A DNA stretch of 64,000 nt from Flaccisagitta enflata (lineage: Eukaryota): NCBI GenBank assembly GCA_965153355.1, contig OZ231126.1, positions 44,888,001 through 44,952,000 on the forward strand, written 5' to 3'. Positions 41,248-56,598 of the stretch are shown in pieces. Both the position numbers and the translations under genes were made by a program. Within the stretch, counting starts at the first letter, position 1, and the number at the start of each line of letters is the position of its first letter. The notes beneath the pieces are model-generated. The model saw only the letters and a list, made by a program, of their open reading frames with translations, made no database searches and had not been told where the DNA came from.

Positions 41248-42345
41248 CTACTCACACCTCATGCCCGCGCTGATATCCATCCCCCACCCCTCCTCTGCAT
41301 GCTCGACACCCATCCACCCCACACCTGAAGGCACCGTAACCCTCCAAGAACCCCGCCCTCGACGCCCTCTTGAAAGCTGCCAACAAGCCCAACCCCCGCT
41401 GAGCCTCAGGCACCGCGACCCACTCTTTGGGCAGCTTATAGCCAACCGACCTGTGGTCCCTCGTGGAGAGGAACAGCCCTGCCCTTGCCGATCTAGTGGC
41501 GTAGCCATGGACATCCCCCACCCTCCCAAGCATTGCAGCCTGGTTTGGGGGGAGACGGCTATTCCAGAATCGCCAAGCATGGACCCTAAGCTGCTGCCGG
41601 TAAAGGTCCCCCACCATGAGCATCCCAGCCTCAGCAAACAGCGGGTCTGCACTATACACCCCCCTCCTGCCAGTCGCCAGCCCAGCGAACCTCTTCTGAG
41701 ACCTGAGCAAGGAGCCCCCAAGCGTCAGGTTCCTCCCCTCCTTGAAGTCCCCCCCAAGCCCTCAAGCAGTACTGCAGATGGGGGAGAACAAGCCCATTAT
41801 AGAGCACAAGGAGGGAGCGCCCCCCTAAGACCTCCCCAGCCCTCCCAAGCACCCCAAGCAGCCGCCCTACCTTACCCCTCACCCTTTCTATCTGTCCGGT
41901 CCATCTCAGCCCCTCATCCACCCACACTCCAAGAAAACGCGCCCCCTCAACCCTCCTAACCTCCTCCCCTCCTATCTCGAGGCCCTCTGGCGGTGAGTCC
42001 CTCCCCGGTCGGCAAAAATAGACATACTACCTAGCTCATAAATATACGGACATCTGAAAATAAGCATCAACTTTAGCAAGCTGCTGCGCCTGAGCAAATT
42101 AGGTTACTGACCCCAGATTGGTCGTAATTGAAAGTTCTTAAGCAACTTTTTAAAATGGGCCTAATCTGGTGTCAGTAACTCAATTTTTTTAAGCGCAGCA
42201 CCTCTCTAAAGTTGATGCTATTTTTCAAGTGTCCGTATATTTATGAGCTAGATGGTACTCTGTCTTCTTCAGATTCAGAGTGAGCCTATTACACCTAAAC
42301 CATCTGCTGAGTTCCGCGAGCCCCCTATTTACCCTCCTATACAGC
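41248..42345 (-). mobile_element. 5'-truncated GC-rich LINE fragment (CR1/L2 group, Crack/Daphne-like), frameshifted and split by a MITE
   Basis: Reconstructed translation ELSRWFRCNRLTLNLKKTEYVYF...ARFLGVWVDEGLRW...LYNGLVLPHLQYC..AWG / QKRF...ADPLF...HGYATRS...C...C..C is typical of the RT thumb and C-terminal region. Confidence 0.88.
42027..42255. mobile_element. TA-flanked palindromic MITE inserted in the LINE
   Basis: TIRs ctacctagctcataaatatacggaca / tgtccgtatatttatgagctagatgg; TA at 42025-26 and 42256-57. Removing the element and one TA restores the LINE frame. Confidence 0.9.
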
Positions 42346-42569
42346 CTACATTCATTGTGATTTTGGGACAGAGGTTGAAACTTCAGTTTTCTTTCATCAT
42401 TTCTTCACTCATCCAAAATCTGTCTTCAATAATCGTGAATGAAGATAGTCGAATCAAAATGTGTCTTAGGCAAGCATATAAACCAAGACTTCTTAAATAA
42501 ACAAGGCCAACACCTATAAGTCGCGTGCGAGACTCACATAATTACTTAATTTTATAACCATATAACTAA

Positions 42570-42945
42570 AATGACTTCCATTGTAGTTAGGGGACTTAAG
42601 ATGACCTAAAATGATTAAAAATGACATAAAATGATTGAAAATGACTAAATTGACTAAATCTGACCTAAAATGACTAAAATGACTTGAGTGACTAAAATGA
42701 CTTAAATTGACTTTGATTGACTCAAAATGACTTGGAATAACTTAAATTGACCAAGAATGACTTAAATTGACTTTAAGTGATCTAAATTGACTTAAATTGA
42801 ACTAAAATCACTTGAAAAATGAAAATAGATGAAATGACTCAAATGACTAAAATTGACTTAAAATGACCCAAAATTACTTAAAATGCTCTTATTTGACTAA
42901 AAATGATCTTATTTGACTAAAAATGACTTGATTGACTAAAAATCA
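42570..42945. repeat. (aaaatgactt)-type 9-10-bp array inside a HINE
   Basis: Tandem decamers; the same array recurs at about 43405-43480, 44130-44300, 45275-45350 and 48755-48795. Confidence 0.85.
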
Positions 42946-43604
42946 GTCAGTAGGAATAAAACGAATAAAAAAAGTAAAAAGGGACAGACCGACCAACCGA
43001 CCGACCAACCGACCAACCGATGGACGGACAAAGCGGAGTGTAGAGTTGCGTGCACGCGACTGAAAACCTAATGCACACCCAAAACACTAATAATAATCAA
43101 TTTTTACTTTTAGTTATAAACGGGCAATAATGCTCAAGAAAAGTTATTGTGGTTTATCATACATAATTTGAATTTGTATTTTTTAATCATATATACAAAT
43201 TCAGAGATTTACTATTTCAAATATTCACATAATAAGCAATAACATACAATTTTTATTTTATCTGATACAGAGCTACCTTTTTTATGTCCACCCATTACTT
43301 GAGAGCAGGTACTTGCAAAATGGAGATACCCCACTTTGTCCGTTCGTTGGTCGGTTGGTCGGTCGGTCGGTTGGTTTGGTCATTTGCACATCATTTTTGT
43401 TTCCTTAAGTCATTTAGAAGTCATTTAGAAGGGCAAACTAAGTCATTCTAAGTCATTCTAAGTCATTCTAAGTCAATCTGTAAGTCTCGCACCTGACTTA
43501 TAAGTGTTGGCCTTGTTTATGATGAGTAGATATCATCTCAAAGATAAGGAGAGGACTAGTTTCTCCCTCTACTCTACAACCCTGCCTTTAATCCCCACAG
43601 GAGG

Positions 43605-43682
<78 letters not shown>

Positions 43683-44444
43683 TCCCCGAGTTCCCAGCAC
43701 CAGGACGGGCTTCTTCGATCTCTCTGTCACTTTCAAATCAAGTCCTTTTACAGCGAGACGGGTAACATTGTCTCCAAATAGGGTACTTTAGTCATTAAGA
43801 ATAAGAGGCACTGTTTTTGAATCAGGCTAAGGTTCAAGTGAGCACAATTATACTATCAAAAAGTAAGTCAGTCTTGTCAATGACATCAATGGATTTTGTG
43901 GATCAACTCAAACCTGTTTTTAGTCGCGGACAAGCGACTCTGTTAGAGCCTTTGGCCGTCCGTTGGTTGGTTAGTCGGTCGGTCACACTCGAGTTAAAAA
44001 TGATCGCAGTGTAGTGTGAAAACGCGCATTCTCGCCCCTGCCCACCCATCCGCGAATGGTTTTGGCCATGTATCCGTCCGTGTATGAATCGTGGAAAACG
44101 AATTCAATCCTCTTCTATTTCGACATTGAAAGTCATTTTGAGTCAATTCAAGTTAAATTAAGTCATTTTTTTTCACCTCAGTCATTTTAGGAATTTTAGG
44201 TCAGTTTAAGTCAATTTAGTCATTCTAAGTCATTTTAAGTAATTTTTAATCGTTCTATGTCATCTTAAGTCAATTAACTTCAATGGAGGTCATTTCAGTT
44301 CTATGATATAATTAGGTAATGATGTAAGTCTCGCACGCGACTTATAGGTGTTGGCCTTGTTTTCTATAATCACTGTCTGTCAGTGTTTTCTCTTTGTCTC
44401 TGTCTTTCTCTGTCTATGACTGTCTCACTCTCTCTCTCTTTCTT

Positions 44445-44568
<124 letters not shown>

Positions 44569-44573
44569 TCATA

Positions 44574-44804
<231 letters not shown>

Positions 44805-45507
44805 AAAATCCAAAAGCTAGCGTCGTAAAAGTCAGAGCCTATTTGTGTAACCTGGTAATTATTCTTTCTTGTTACATAGGGCCAAAGCTAAGGATCAATA
44901 GAAAATATCAATTTTTGCAAATATGCAAAAAATTAAATAAAGATTAGATTCATATAGCATACAAGGCCGGATACACGGCAATCCAGTCGTGGACCGGTTG
45001 GGCAGGAGCAGTAAGCAAATTCAAAAATTCAAAAAATGTGACGGACGGACGGACGGACGGACTGATGGACAAACCTACCGACCGGCCGACGCAGGTGTAG
45101 AGTCGCGTGTCCGCCACTAAAAATATGGATTTCGACCTCTGGTTGGCGCCATTGAAGAGAAAAATAAACTCTTTCTTAGCTGTGAATATCAAAAAAAGTA
45201 TCATCCCAGCCCCAAAACCGCTCAACTTTCAACCAGGCCAACACCTGTAAGTCGCGTGTGGGACATCAACTTAAGATGGCTTAAAATGACTCAGGATGAC
45301 TTTAAAGTTCTTAAAATGACTTAAAATGACTTAAAAAGACATAAGATGATGTAGAATTAAAAGAAAACATAAAAAAAGTTAAGTGTGATCAACCCACAGA
45401 AAAGCGGGGTGTAGAGTGGCGTAGCACGCAACTAAAAAGAGAGACATACTGGTAAAAAGAGAGATGTACAGAGAGAAAGAAGCAAAGAGACAGAAAGAGA
45501 TAAACTT

Positions 45508-45611
<104 letters not shown>

Positions 45612-45794
45612 ATGCACAAACAAAAACACACTCACACACACGCAAATGGGCTTACACAGTCAATGGACAAGATATGATAGGTATATACATCATACCGTTG
45701 ACTTTGATCCAACTTACTGTTAATAAACAAAATATTGTTTGCAACAATCAGATGTTGAAAAAACAACAATCTCTAAATTTATATGACTGGACCA

Positions 45795-46790
45795 TGAGTT
45801 CACAGACAGAATTTATAGAAGTCTACAGATGGAACACGAGTCTACAGATGGAACGCTAGTTCAGACAGAAATACTAAGATCTAAGACAGGAATTATGAGG
45901 CTCATGCACACAGAATCATGCGAGTCTACAGACGGAATCCTGAGTCTACAGACGGAATGGCGAGCCTACAGACAGAATGGCGAGCCTACAGACGGAATGA
46001 CTGGGGACTCCACAGACGGAATGGCTGAGCCATGGACGGAATGGCAAGTTCAGACGGAATTATGAGTTTGCTAGACAGGAATTAGAGTCTACAGACCAAT
46101 CACAAGTCTACATAGAATTATAGAGTCTACAGATGAAATGGTTATTCACAGATGCAAATGGCAAACTAAGACGGGAATTATAGGCCCAGACAGAATCGTG
46201 AGTCTACAGACCAAATCACGAGCCCACAGACAGAACGCGAGTCTACACAGACAGAATCGCGAGTCTACAGACGGAAATCGCGAGTCTACAGACGGAAATC
46301 GCGAGCCTGCTGGCTGCACCGCGAGTCTACAGACAGAATTACAGAGTTCAGACGTAATCGCAGCTACAGACGAAATCATATGCTCACAGACGGAAATTAG
46401 TGTTTCACAGACAGAATCATAGTCACAGACGGAATTGCGAGTTCACAGACGGAATTTCATGAGTCTGCAGACGGAATCGCGAGTCTGCGACAATGCGCGA
46501 GTATACAGACAGAATCGCGAGTCTAAAGACGGAATCGCGAGACTACACACGGAATCCCCAATCTATGCACGGAATTGCGAGTCTACAGATGGAATCGCGA
46601 GCCCACAGAGGGAATGCGAGTCTACACGGACAGAATCGCGAGTCTACAGATGGAATCGCGAGTTCACAGACGGAATCAAGAGTTCACAGACGGAAATTAG
46701 GCCTACAGACGGAATTCGAGGAGTCTACAAGACGGAATTCTTCATATTACAGACGACCGCGAAACCACAGACGGAATCGCGAGTTCACCA
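45795..46790. repeat. Minisatellite, about 19-20-bp unit (gcgagtctacagacggaatc)
   Basis: Dozens of degenerate tandem copies with frequent single-base indels. Confidence 0.9.
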
Positions 46791-48153
46791 GATGACCCAA
46801 CAGCCATAACGAATCATCGATGAGTAAAGGCAGATATTAAGCGTCCTTTACAGGTACTCCGTATCATCACCTGCGCTATTGTTGCATCCTATAAACACGA
46901 TCATTTCATTTCCGCAACATAATCCTGTGAGCTCCCCCTTCCAACTGAGTCAAGTCAAGCAATAGCCTAACAGCGATAACGAATCACTGTCTACGTCATT
47001 TTATCTCCTACAGCTGAGAGATTCATGATGTGAAGAGATTTGGCCATAGAAATCTTTCCTAGATAGAAAAGTTTTGTTAATGGAAGTGATTTCGCTATGG
47101 AAAAGATTTCTACCATTAGCATGCCACCCACTGTTCACTGAAAATTTGAAGACTTTCGGGCAAGTAGTTTTGGAGCTACAAAGGTTTACTATTTCCCATT
47201 TCGATTTAAAGACGGTGTACAAATCATGCAACTCTATAAAAGGCTTTGTCCATTCATTGGTCTATTGGTCCATCTGTAATGATTGAGTCAAAAAGTGCGA
47301 AAACCCGCATTTATGATGCTGTAGCTATGATTGTCTGTGTGTGTGAGTGAGCATTGGTTGGGGGAAGGTATGGATGGGGGTTGGGTGCCCCTACCCACCC
47401 ATCCGCAATAGTATTGTGACCCCGTGTCACTTGTCTCTCTCTCTCTCTCTCTCTCCCTTTTTTTCGACAATTTTTCCCAGTAGGCGATAATCGCCATTAC
47501 TGGTAGATCAAATGATTGGTGTTCTACATGTGGTAAAAGGAAAAAGTATACCTGACTTGGACGATCGATGAAGTGTAACAGGAATTTCGCCATCGATTTT
47601 GAACTCTCCTTTCTTTTTAAAGCCGTGGTAATCATTTAGGTGTTGCTGTTCAAAGTTTTGTTCGAGGTGTTTATTGAGAATAAAGTGAAGGTTGTCCCGA
47701 AGCCCATCTCCACTTGGAACCCTCGCGCGTTTATCTATCACACACAAAAAAAGTTTGAAATGCTCAAAAGATTTGCTACATATTTTCAATAAGAATTCTA
47801 AAATTAACCCATTTCTAGATGGCCCATCAGAATTTCAGTTATGCGCTTGCGACTGCGTTTATCTTTAGGTTCGTCAGACTTATAGAGTGGCTATCAGGCT
47901 GCTCAGATCATCTATGAATTCTGTGCAGAGTAAGGGCCTGTTTCTAGTCGTGACAATCGCATTTCGAAACCTGGGCCACCCGGTCGCTTGCTACGTTCGT
48001 TCGCTCGCGCCGCTCACTCCACTCACTCACTCCGCAGCGCACCGCTTCGCTATGCTCGCTTCGCTTCGCTATGCTCGCTTCGCTTCGCTATGCTCGCTTC
48101 GCTCGCTTGCTCCGTTCACGGGCTCGCTCACTCACTTAGCTCACTCCCTCGTG

Positions 48154-48922
48154 CACTGCTGTCTCGGAGACTTGCTAGGATGAGAAAAACATTACTCCTG
48201 GTTTTTTTACAGTTTTGGTATGGTGGCTTGTACACAATCAAGGAACCGATATGAAGAAAATCATCCATGGAGCGCTTTTTGAGAAAAAATCACATTTTTG
48301 CTTCAAATGATGCATTGGCATCATATGATGCATTAGCATCATATATCTATGATGCACTGGCATCATATGATGCATTAGCATCATGTGTAGCTCATCAGCA
48401 GCATGTGATGCACCAGCATCATATGATGCCAATGCATCATTTGCGACTAAAATCTCATTTTTAGGTGCGACAAAGCACCTCTATAACTGGCTGTGTCCGT
48501 CGGTCTGTCGGTTGGTCGGGTAACGCATTCGTTTGACGATCCACACGTCGCACCTTATTGGCCTACTTGGCCTTGTTTTTTCAAAACGCACTCCATGAAG
48601 GATTTTGTTCTCAATGGTTATTGAATTGTACAAACATGAGTATTACATTACTGCTAAACAAGGCCGATTCCTTACAAGTCGCGTGCGGTTGTTAAGACCA
48701 TAAGACCAAAGGACTAAAGGACTAAAAGACCAAAGGACTAAGAGACTGAATGTAAATTGACTTGAAATAACTTAAAATGACTTAAAATGATGTAAAACAC
48801 CGAAAAAAACAGTTAACGGAGACGGACGGACAGACCAACAGGCCGACCGACCAACATAGCGGGTCATAGAGTCGCGTAGAGTGATTTCGTTCTCATCCTG
48901 GAAGGTCGCTCAGAGAGCAGTG
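48154..48922. mobile_element. CACTG-ended (EnSpm/CMC-like) fold-back nested in the PIF MITE
   Basis: cactgctgtctcggagacttgctaggatgagaa / ttctcatcctggaaggtcgctcagagagcagtg; TG on both flanks; internal palindromic gcatcatatgatgc array at 48310-48440. Confidence 0.75.
48459..48580 (+). mobile_element. HINE subfamily C (aggtgcgac subTIR); other copies at about 20051-20748(-) and 22924-23043(-)
   Basis: ttttaggtgcgacaaagcacct...gtcgcacct-tatt-ggcctacttggcc-ttgtttt. Confidence 0.82.
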
Positions 48923-49498
48923 TGTGGGACGGTTGAAGTTCATGAATCTGTACAGGTTCACGCTGTTATTGCGTTGCACGGGTACAAACGTGATAATTGT
49001 CAGCACCACAAACACGCCCTAATAGATGCGTGCGTGCATGTCAACGAGAAATTCCCGCCATGCAGATGATGAATCATTGCCCGGTTAGACTTGTTATCCT
49101 TAAATTACGGGTTGGCTGCTGCTTTTTTGCAGCTTGATTGTTACTACTGCACACAAACGGAAACGGTTGAACATGGATCAATTGATTGTTTACCTTTGAA
49201 ATCGGCGCTGTCTGCTACATTATTGCTGATTGATGCAGCGTGAACGTTACAACTGTACGCAAATAGATACAGTTGAACTAGGATGAAAACCAAGTAGGTG
49301 ATGAATTTGCGCATTGTCCCATTTAATTCAACACCAATTTCGGGAAAATAGTCTCGATGAAAGATGTTTTCTCTTCATCGAATGATACAACGAATCTTGT
49401 CTGGACTTTGCCCTGCTTCATTAGTTTGTGAGTTTAGTTGAGGGAAGAGTAGGGCAGTTGGTTTTAAGGGGACGAAGTCCTGTAAATGGCATGGGGAT

Positions 49499-49841
49499 TA
49501 GGGTGGCCTAAAGTGGGCGCATGGTCAAATCTCATGATGCCATTGGAGAAAATGTGATCATTTCCCTCACACATGAAGAATCCAAAATTTGGGGGTGATC
49601 GGATAATGTTTACTCATGAACGCCACCCCACCCCTTTCCCATCATTAAGTATAGAAAGCTTCAGAGGAGAAAATCCTTCCTGTACGTTTCCTATGGAAAA
49701 TAAGGGGGGGGGGGTGGCGGTCATGAGTAAACTTTATCCAATTGCCCCCAAATTTGGGAATTCTCATTTATGATGGAAATGGTCTCATTTTCTCCAATGG
49801 CAACATGAATTTTGAAAATGACCCAACTTTAAGCCACCCTA
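49499..49841. mobile_element. hAT-type fold-back MITE related to 24455-24793
   Basis: TIRs tagggtggcctaaagt / actttaagccacccta; exact 8-bp TSD ATGGGGAT; shared interior (aaatccttcctgta, ctatggaaa, catgagtaaactt). Confidence 0.9.
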
Positions 49842-50837
49842 ATGGGGATCTGTCTATCTGTCCATCTGTCCCGCTGGAATTGAAATCTAAAGGGTAAGCG
49901 TTATTGTCTGGAAGGCCAAGACTTGGGTCATAAAACCAAGATCCGGGTTGGAGGCCGAGATCCAGGTCTTGGACGTAAAGGTCATGGTCAAGGAGATCAA
50001 TTAGGGTTTATGGTCAGGATCTGGGTTGGAGGCAAGGACCCGTGTCTTGGAGGCAAAGATGATGGTCCTAGAGATCAACCAGTGCAATCACCCAAGGGTA
50101 ATATGTGGTCAGCGATACATGTTGCCCTGCTTTGCATGATTGTTAATTTTAATGAAGGGAGGCAGAGCAGCGGCCCCGAAGGGGACGACGTCCTGTAGAA
50201 CACAGGGGGACTTTCGTTCGTCCTGCCTGAAAGGCTTTAAAGGAATGAGTGGCAATCTGAGAAGGCTGATTCAAGGCCTGAGAGGACTAACATGAGGCTT
50301 GGAGGGACTTGGAGGCCTGATTTGAAGCCTTAAAGACCTTATTTGAGACATAAGAGGCCTGATTTGAGGTCTGAAAATCCAGATTTGAGGCCTGAGGGGC
50401 CTGATCTGAGGCCAGAAAAACCTAAGCCTGAGAGGCTTGATTTGAGGCCTGAGAGGCCTGATTAAAGGCCTGAGAGGCCTAATTTTAGGCCCGAGAGGCC
50501 TAATTTGAAACCTGAGAGGCCTAATTTGAGGCCTGAGAGGCCTGAGGGCGGGTCAGGGGTGGACGGATGGACAAATGAAAGTCCCCCGGTATTTGGAGCC
50601 GCTGCCCAAAAGGCTAGAGGCTGGGATCAGGGTTTTAGGGCCAGAATCTGGGTGTCAGAGGCCAGGATCTGGGTGTCAAGAAGCCAGGATCTGGGTCTGT
50701 GAAGCAAGGATCTAGGTCTCACGGGTAATCTCCGCAAAAATCGACCCGCATCGGACAGACTGACCGAGACTCCTTCCTGCATCGTGAACCGATATCCGGT
50801 GTGCAACACCGAGACAGACCGACGAGACAGAGGGAGA

Positions 50838-50913
<76 letters not shown>

Positions 50914-51248
50914 CGAGGTTCGATTTTTTCAGTCAGATTTGGGTGAGCAATCGCCCAAAATTGATAACAGTAAAAGAGCAGACAAAAGAGGTTGAATGAC
51001 TGGCACATGCTCATGCTTTCTTACATTTACAATGTCTTTCATTCTATATTCATTCATGCCATGGACGAATTATGTCTGTCTCAAATTCGAAATTTTTCCA
51101 ATTTTTATCAAAGATCATTTTCCATTGGAATAAAAACGATTTCAAAAATAGATTTCTCCAAATTGATAACAAATACAAGGAAAGCGACTCTACTGTATGT
51201 TACATTTGGATTTACTATGATAAGCGACCTATCAGCACTTCTAAGTGG

Positions 51249-51357
<109 letters not shown>

Positions 51358-51501
51358 ATACAGACACAGACAGTCACAGACACAGACCCCCCCACACACA
51401 CACACACCTTATTTCAGAAATGGTTACATGGTAAACATTTATTAATAATACGTTAACTATGAAAAAAAGGTTGAATCATATCGGAAATCGATATCTAGCT
51501 A

Positions 51502-52091
51502 CTATCTTGGAAATAAAAAGGTTTCCACCTGTAACATTAGCTCATTTATTGACATAAAAATGAACACAAATCAATTGTGAATCCATGAATATTTTGTATT
51601 AAGCTCCTTTGACTGAATAACTCCCGCCATTCATCAGAGAAGCAGTTTGCAGAGCTTCCCTAAGTATTCTGGCGTGATGGCGTTCCAGGCCTTTCTAGGG
51701 ATTTTCTTGATCTTTTCTTTTACTACGTTTAAACTTATGGCTCCAAAGAGATTTAACAAATCATAAAAAAATTGGTGACATAAATGTAGTCCTTCAAATT
51801 TACAAGCAGTCTACACAAACCGCGTCTGTCTAGCTCAATGCCTTAAGGAGTTATTAAAAAAAAATGATGTGTTGTCATTTGAAGATAGTGTAAAAATGGT
51901 AAAAACAAAATTGAAACATTTCATTCAAAGTTTAATAACTTTCGAATGCACTGAGTTAGAAAGATGCAGTTTGCGTAGATTGCCTTCAAATTTGAAGGGC
52001 TTTAATAATCTCACCAATTTCTTTATGATTTGTTGATTCTAGTCTGAGATATAAATGTAATCGTTCGGAAACCTTTTTATTTCTAAGATAG
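51502..52091. mobile_element. TA-flanked CTATCTT fold-back MITE
   Basis: ta-ctatcttggaaataaaaaggtttcc / ggaaacctttttatttctaagatag-ta, with internal inverted arms around 51750-52030. Confidence 0.85.
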
Positions 52092-52928
52092 TATATCTAA
52101 TAATCGATTTATAGCTATCTCTTCTCGTATCTATTGGAGACGAGAATCACTTTGATCGTGCAGTAGATCGTATCTAGTTTGTAAGACCTGGATCGTCAGT
52201 GGTTACTCACGGGCAAGGATCTTGGTCTCACAGGCAAGGATCTGGGTCTCACAGGCAAGGATCTGGGTCTCACAGTTGAATGTTCACAACTTAAAAATTA
52301 TGCCGTAATTGCCTTAGCTCTCATCATCGATCTGTAAAAATAAAACTTGCCCGTTAAAAGTAAAGGTTAATATCTCAATTGACATCCTGTTCACGGTGCA
52401 TAAAGTCCAAATTACCAGTTTCTCTGTTTTCTAATCGAAAGGAAGTGACTTATACAACCATAGCGGGGTCATGTCATGTCCTGTGAGTCTTATGAGAGAA
52501 TGTAGTGATAGTTATGTCATCATGAGTGGCAGACATGCAACTCTACACCTCCGTCATTCATTCACTTATTCCATCATTCTTTCATGCATTCATGCATTCA
52601 TTCATTCATTCATTCATTCATTCATTCATTCATTCATTCATTCATTCATTCATTCCTTGACTCATTCATTCATTCATTCATTCATTCATTCATTCATTCA
52701 TTCATTCATTCATTCATTCATTCATTCATTCTTTCATTCATTCATTCATTCATTCATTTATTCATTCACACAATTCTAACTGGCGAAGCGCACATATTGG
52801 CCGTAACCTGGGCTGGGCGGGACACTACGGAACACTACTATCTTGTATGTCATTATTTGCCCTTCTTTCGGAATGATACGATTTTGGTAAATTCTGGGTC
52901 ATACACGGAACCGGTCGGAACGGAGTAC

Positions 52929-53327
<399 letters not shown>

Positions 53328-53460
53328 ATGTCGTTGCGACAGTTGAAACCGTATTCATAGAAAATAACCAGTTGCGCCGTCGCAACTACATGAAAAATTG
53401 AACAACAGCTTCTCATTTGACTGTCGCCATTATGTGAATGAAAATTAAATGAGTGAATAC

Positions 53461-53470
53461 NNNNNNNNNN
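53461..53470. other. Assembly gap (10 N)
   Basis: Run of n characters. Confidence 1.
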
Positions 53471-55734
53471 TCCTTTTCCTATTTCTTTCTGTTATAATTT
53501 TTTCTTTTTTCTCTTCCCCATTCACTCGTCACTTCTCTTCCTCCTTTTCACTCGCCCATTATTCATCCTTATCTCCTCCTCCTCATTTGTCATCTGTCAT
53601 CTGTCATCTGTCATCTGTCACTGCATACAATCTGTAATCTGTCATCTGTCATGTGTCATCTGTCACTGCGTCTCTAGACCTTTCACATCACAACCTCTAC
53701 AACTATACAGTCTACTTCTACCTTTTCTCATAGTCATTATCAAACCTCAAAACCCTACCACCTTTTTTTTTTTTTCAAATTGCTATCTCATACCTTTGTC
53801 TCAAATCCTTACCTCTCTTATTTTTATTTCAACCATTTCAAAATCTTCTTCTTTCATTTCCTATTCTTTATTCTTATTTTTCGTAAAAATTTTCACTTGC
53901 TTTTCCTAGGTACTCACATTAAACCTAATTTCTACCATAAACTAATTTTCCACCACTTAAAACCAACATCTAAATCAAATTTCCACCATCTAAACCAAAT
54001 TTCTACTATATAAACCTTATATCTACTCATGTAAAGCCTTATTTCTACCCATGCAGCTTCCACTTCACTCATGTAAAGCCTAATTTCTAATTAATCCAAA
54101 CCTTTCTTGTCACATAAAACCTCATTTACCTATAGAAACCCCAGGCACGACTTAACTCTTAGATTCTATTGGTTTATTATTGCTTCCCATTTTGACATCT
54201 ATAAAAGCCTCATTTCTACCCAAGAAAACCATTTTTGAACATATAAAGGCCTCATTTCTACCATCATTTTCTTTCCTGCTTCTTCCTTTTTCTTCATACT
54301 TCCCTCAAAGGTTTTTCTATATTCCCTTCTTGGGTTCTTCTCTTTGCTTTTAGGTTTCATATCTTTCTTTACTTTCATAACCTCCTTCCAACTTCAACTC
54401 AATTGGTAGAAAATTGCCTTGCTTCTTCCTTCTCTCACGAAATCGTATTTGTAGCTAGTCCATCAGCAGAAATCCTTTCATTCATTCTCTTCTCTCCTCC
54501 TCTCTTCTCTACTCTTCTTCTTCTCCTTCGCTCCTCCTCGCCGAAAACGTAGGATTCCCTCTCTGCTGAAACTCTCTGCCTTTCTTTTTTCTTTCAAATT
54601 TGCTTTCTCTCTCGAGGTTCAACTCGAGTAGAGATTTTGAGGCTTACAACTTACCATTCTGAATCCTCTGAACTCATATATAGCTTCCTATTTTAAATTG
54701 GTCGAGCTCCTCCTCCTCCTCCTTATCAGTCTTTGCAAAGGCTTGACCACTAGATTATGGGCAGGAGACTTTGGGCAGGAGCGGTCATCTCTAGCTAGCT
54801 CGTAGTTATTTCTTTGTTAGGAAATGGTAATAGTAGAGGGTATTTCTCCACGTTTTGAGAGCCTCATGAGTTTGACCGCTATAGGATAACTGCCACTTAT
54901 CACAATTTTCCTTACTACTAGATCTGCCCTCCCAGGCCTGAGAGGGCAGATTTTAGGCCTGAGAAGGCAGATTTCAGGCCTGAGAGGGCCGGGGGGGCGG
55001 ACGGATGACAAACGAAAGTCCCCCTGTGTTCTACAGGACTTCGTCCCCTTCGGGGCCGCTGCCCTGCCTCTCATTCTAATTTACAACCATGCAAAGCAGG
55101 GCAACGGGTATCGCTGACCACATATTGCCCTTGGGCAACCTGTTCAGCTATCACTCCATGCAGGGCATCGGGTACCGCTGACCATGTGCAATCCTTGGAT
55201 GACTTGTTGGGCAGAGGGACACAGGGGTGAATTTCCAGACGTCCGTCCATTCGTCCTTACGTCCATACATACATCACCTCAAAGCTTCTAAAGCCTCAAA
55301 TTTCCATTGAATAACATGGGAAATTGACAAGATACACACTCCCCGTTGAATAATATGGAAAATTTACAAAAAAGCAAAAAATTATATGAAAGTTGGACAA
55401 CATTACTACTCAACACTGTATGTTTCCCATTGAATAACATAGAATATTGATGAAAATTAAGAAAAATGAAAAATTTCCATTGAATAACATGGTAAATTGA
55501 GGAAAAATTGAAAAAATGCAAAATTCCTTTTGAATAACATGGAAAGTTGCTACCAAGGCCTCAAATATGCCCTCTCAGGACGTCTGAAAATTCAATCCTG
55601 TGCCCCACAGGACATCGGCCCTTTTGGGCGGCTGCCCTGCGCTTACTCCAAATCTTCAGCTAATCATTTCAAGCAGGGCATCGGGTACCGCTGACCATGT
55701 GCGATCCTTGGATGACTTGTTCTTTTTCTCCCTC

Positions 55735-56598
<864 letters not shown>

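Larger units (their letters stand above)
47934..49019. mobile_element. PIF/Harbinger-type MITE with nested insertions
   Basis: TAA-gggcctgtttctagtcgtgaca...tgtcagcaccacaaacacgccc-TAA; internal cgct/cgcttcg repeats. A degenerate inverted copy lies at about 38823-39167. Confidence 0.75.

Noticed and set aside
41261-41959. 232-aa proline-rich + strand ORF
   Set aside because: Antisense of the GC-rich LINE fragment.
45829-46809. ORFs over the 19-20-bp repeat, and a possible CRISPR-like array
   Set aside because: Units are directly tandem with no unique spacers and frequent indels, no cas genes are present, and the context is eukaryotic.
54280-54780. Possible minus-strand gene start (ATG AGT TCA GAG GAT TCA GAA TG|GTAAGT near 54655-54677)
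   Set aside because: No sustained open frame or recognisable protein follows, and the sequence next to the gap looks low quality.
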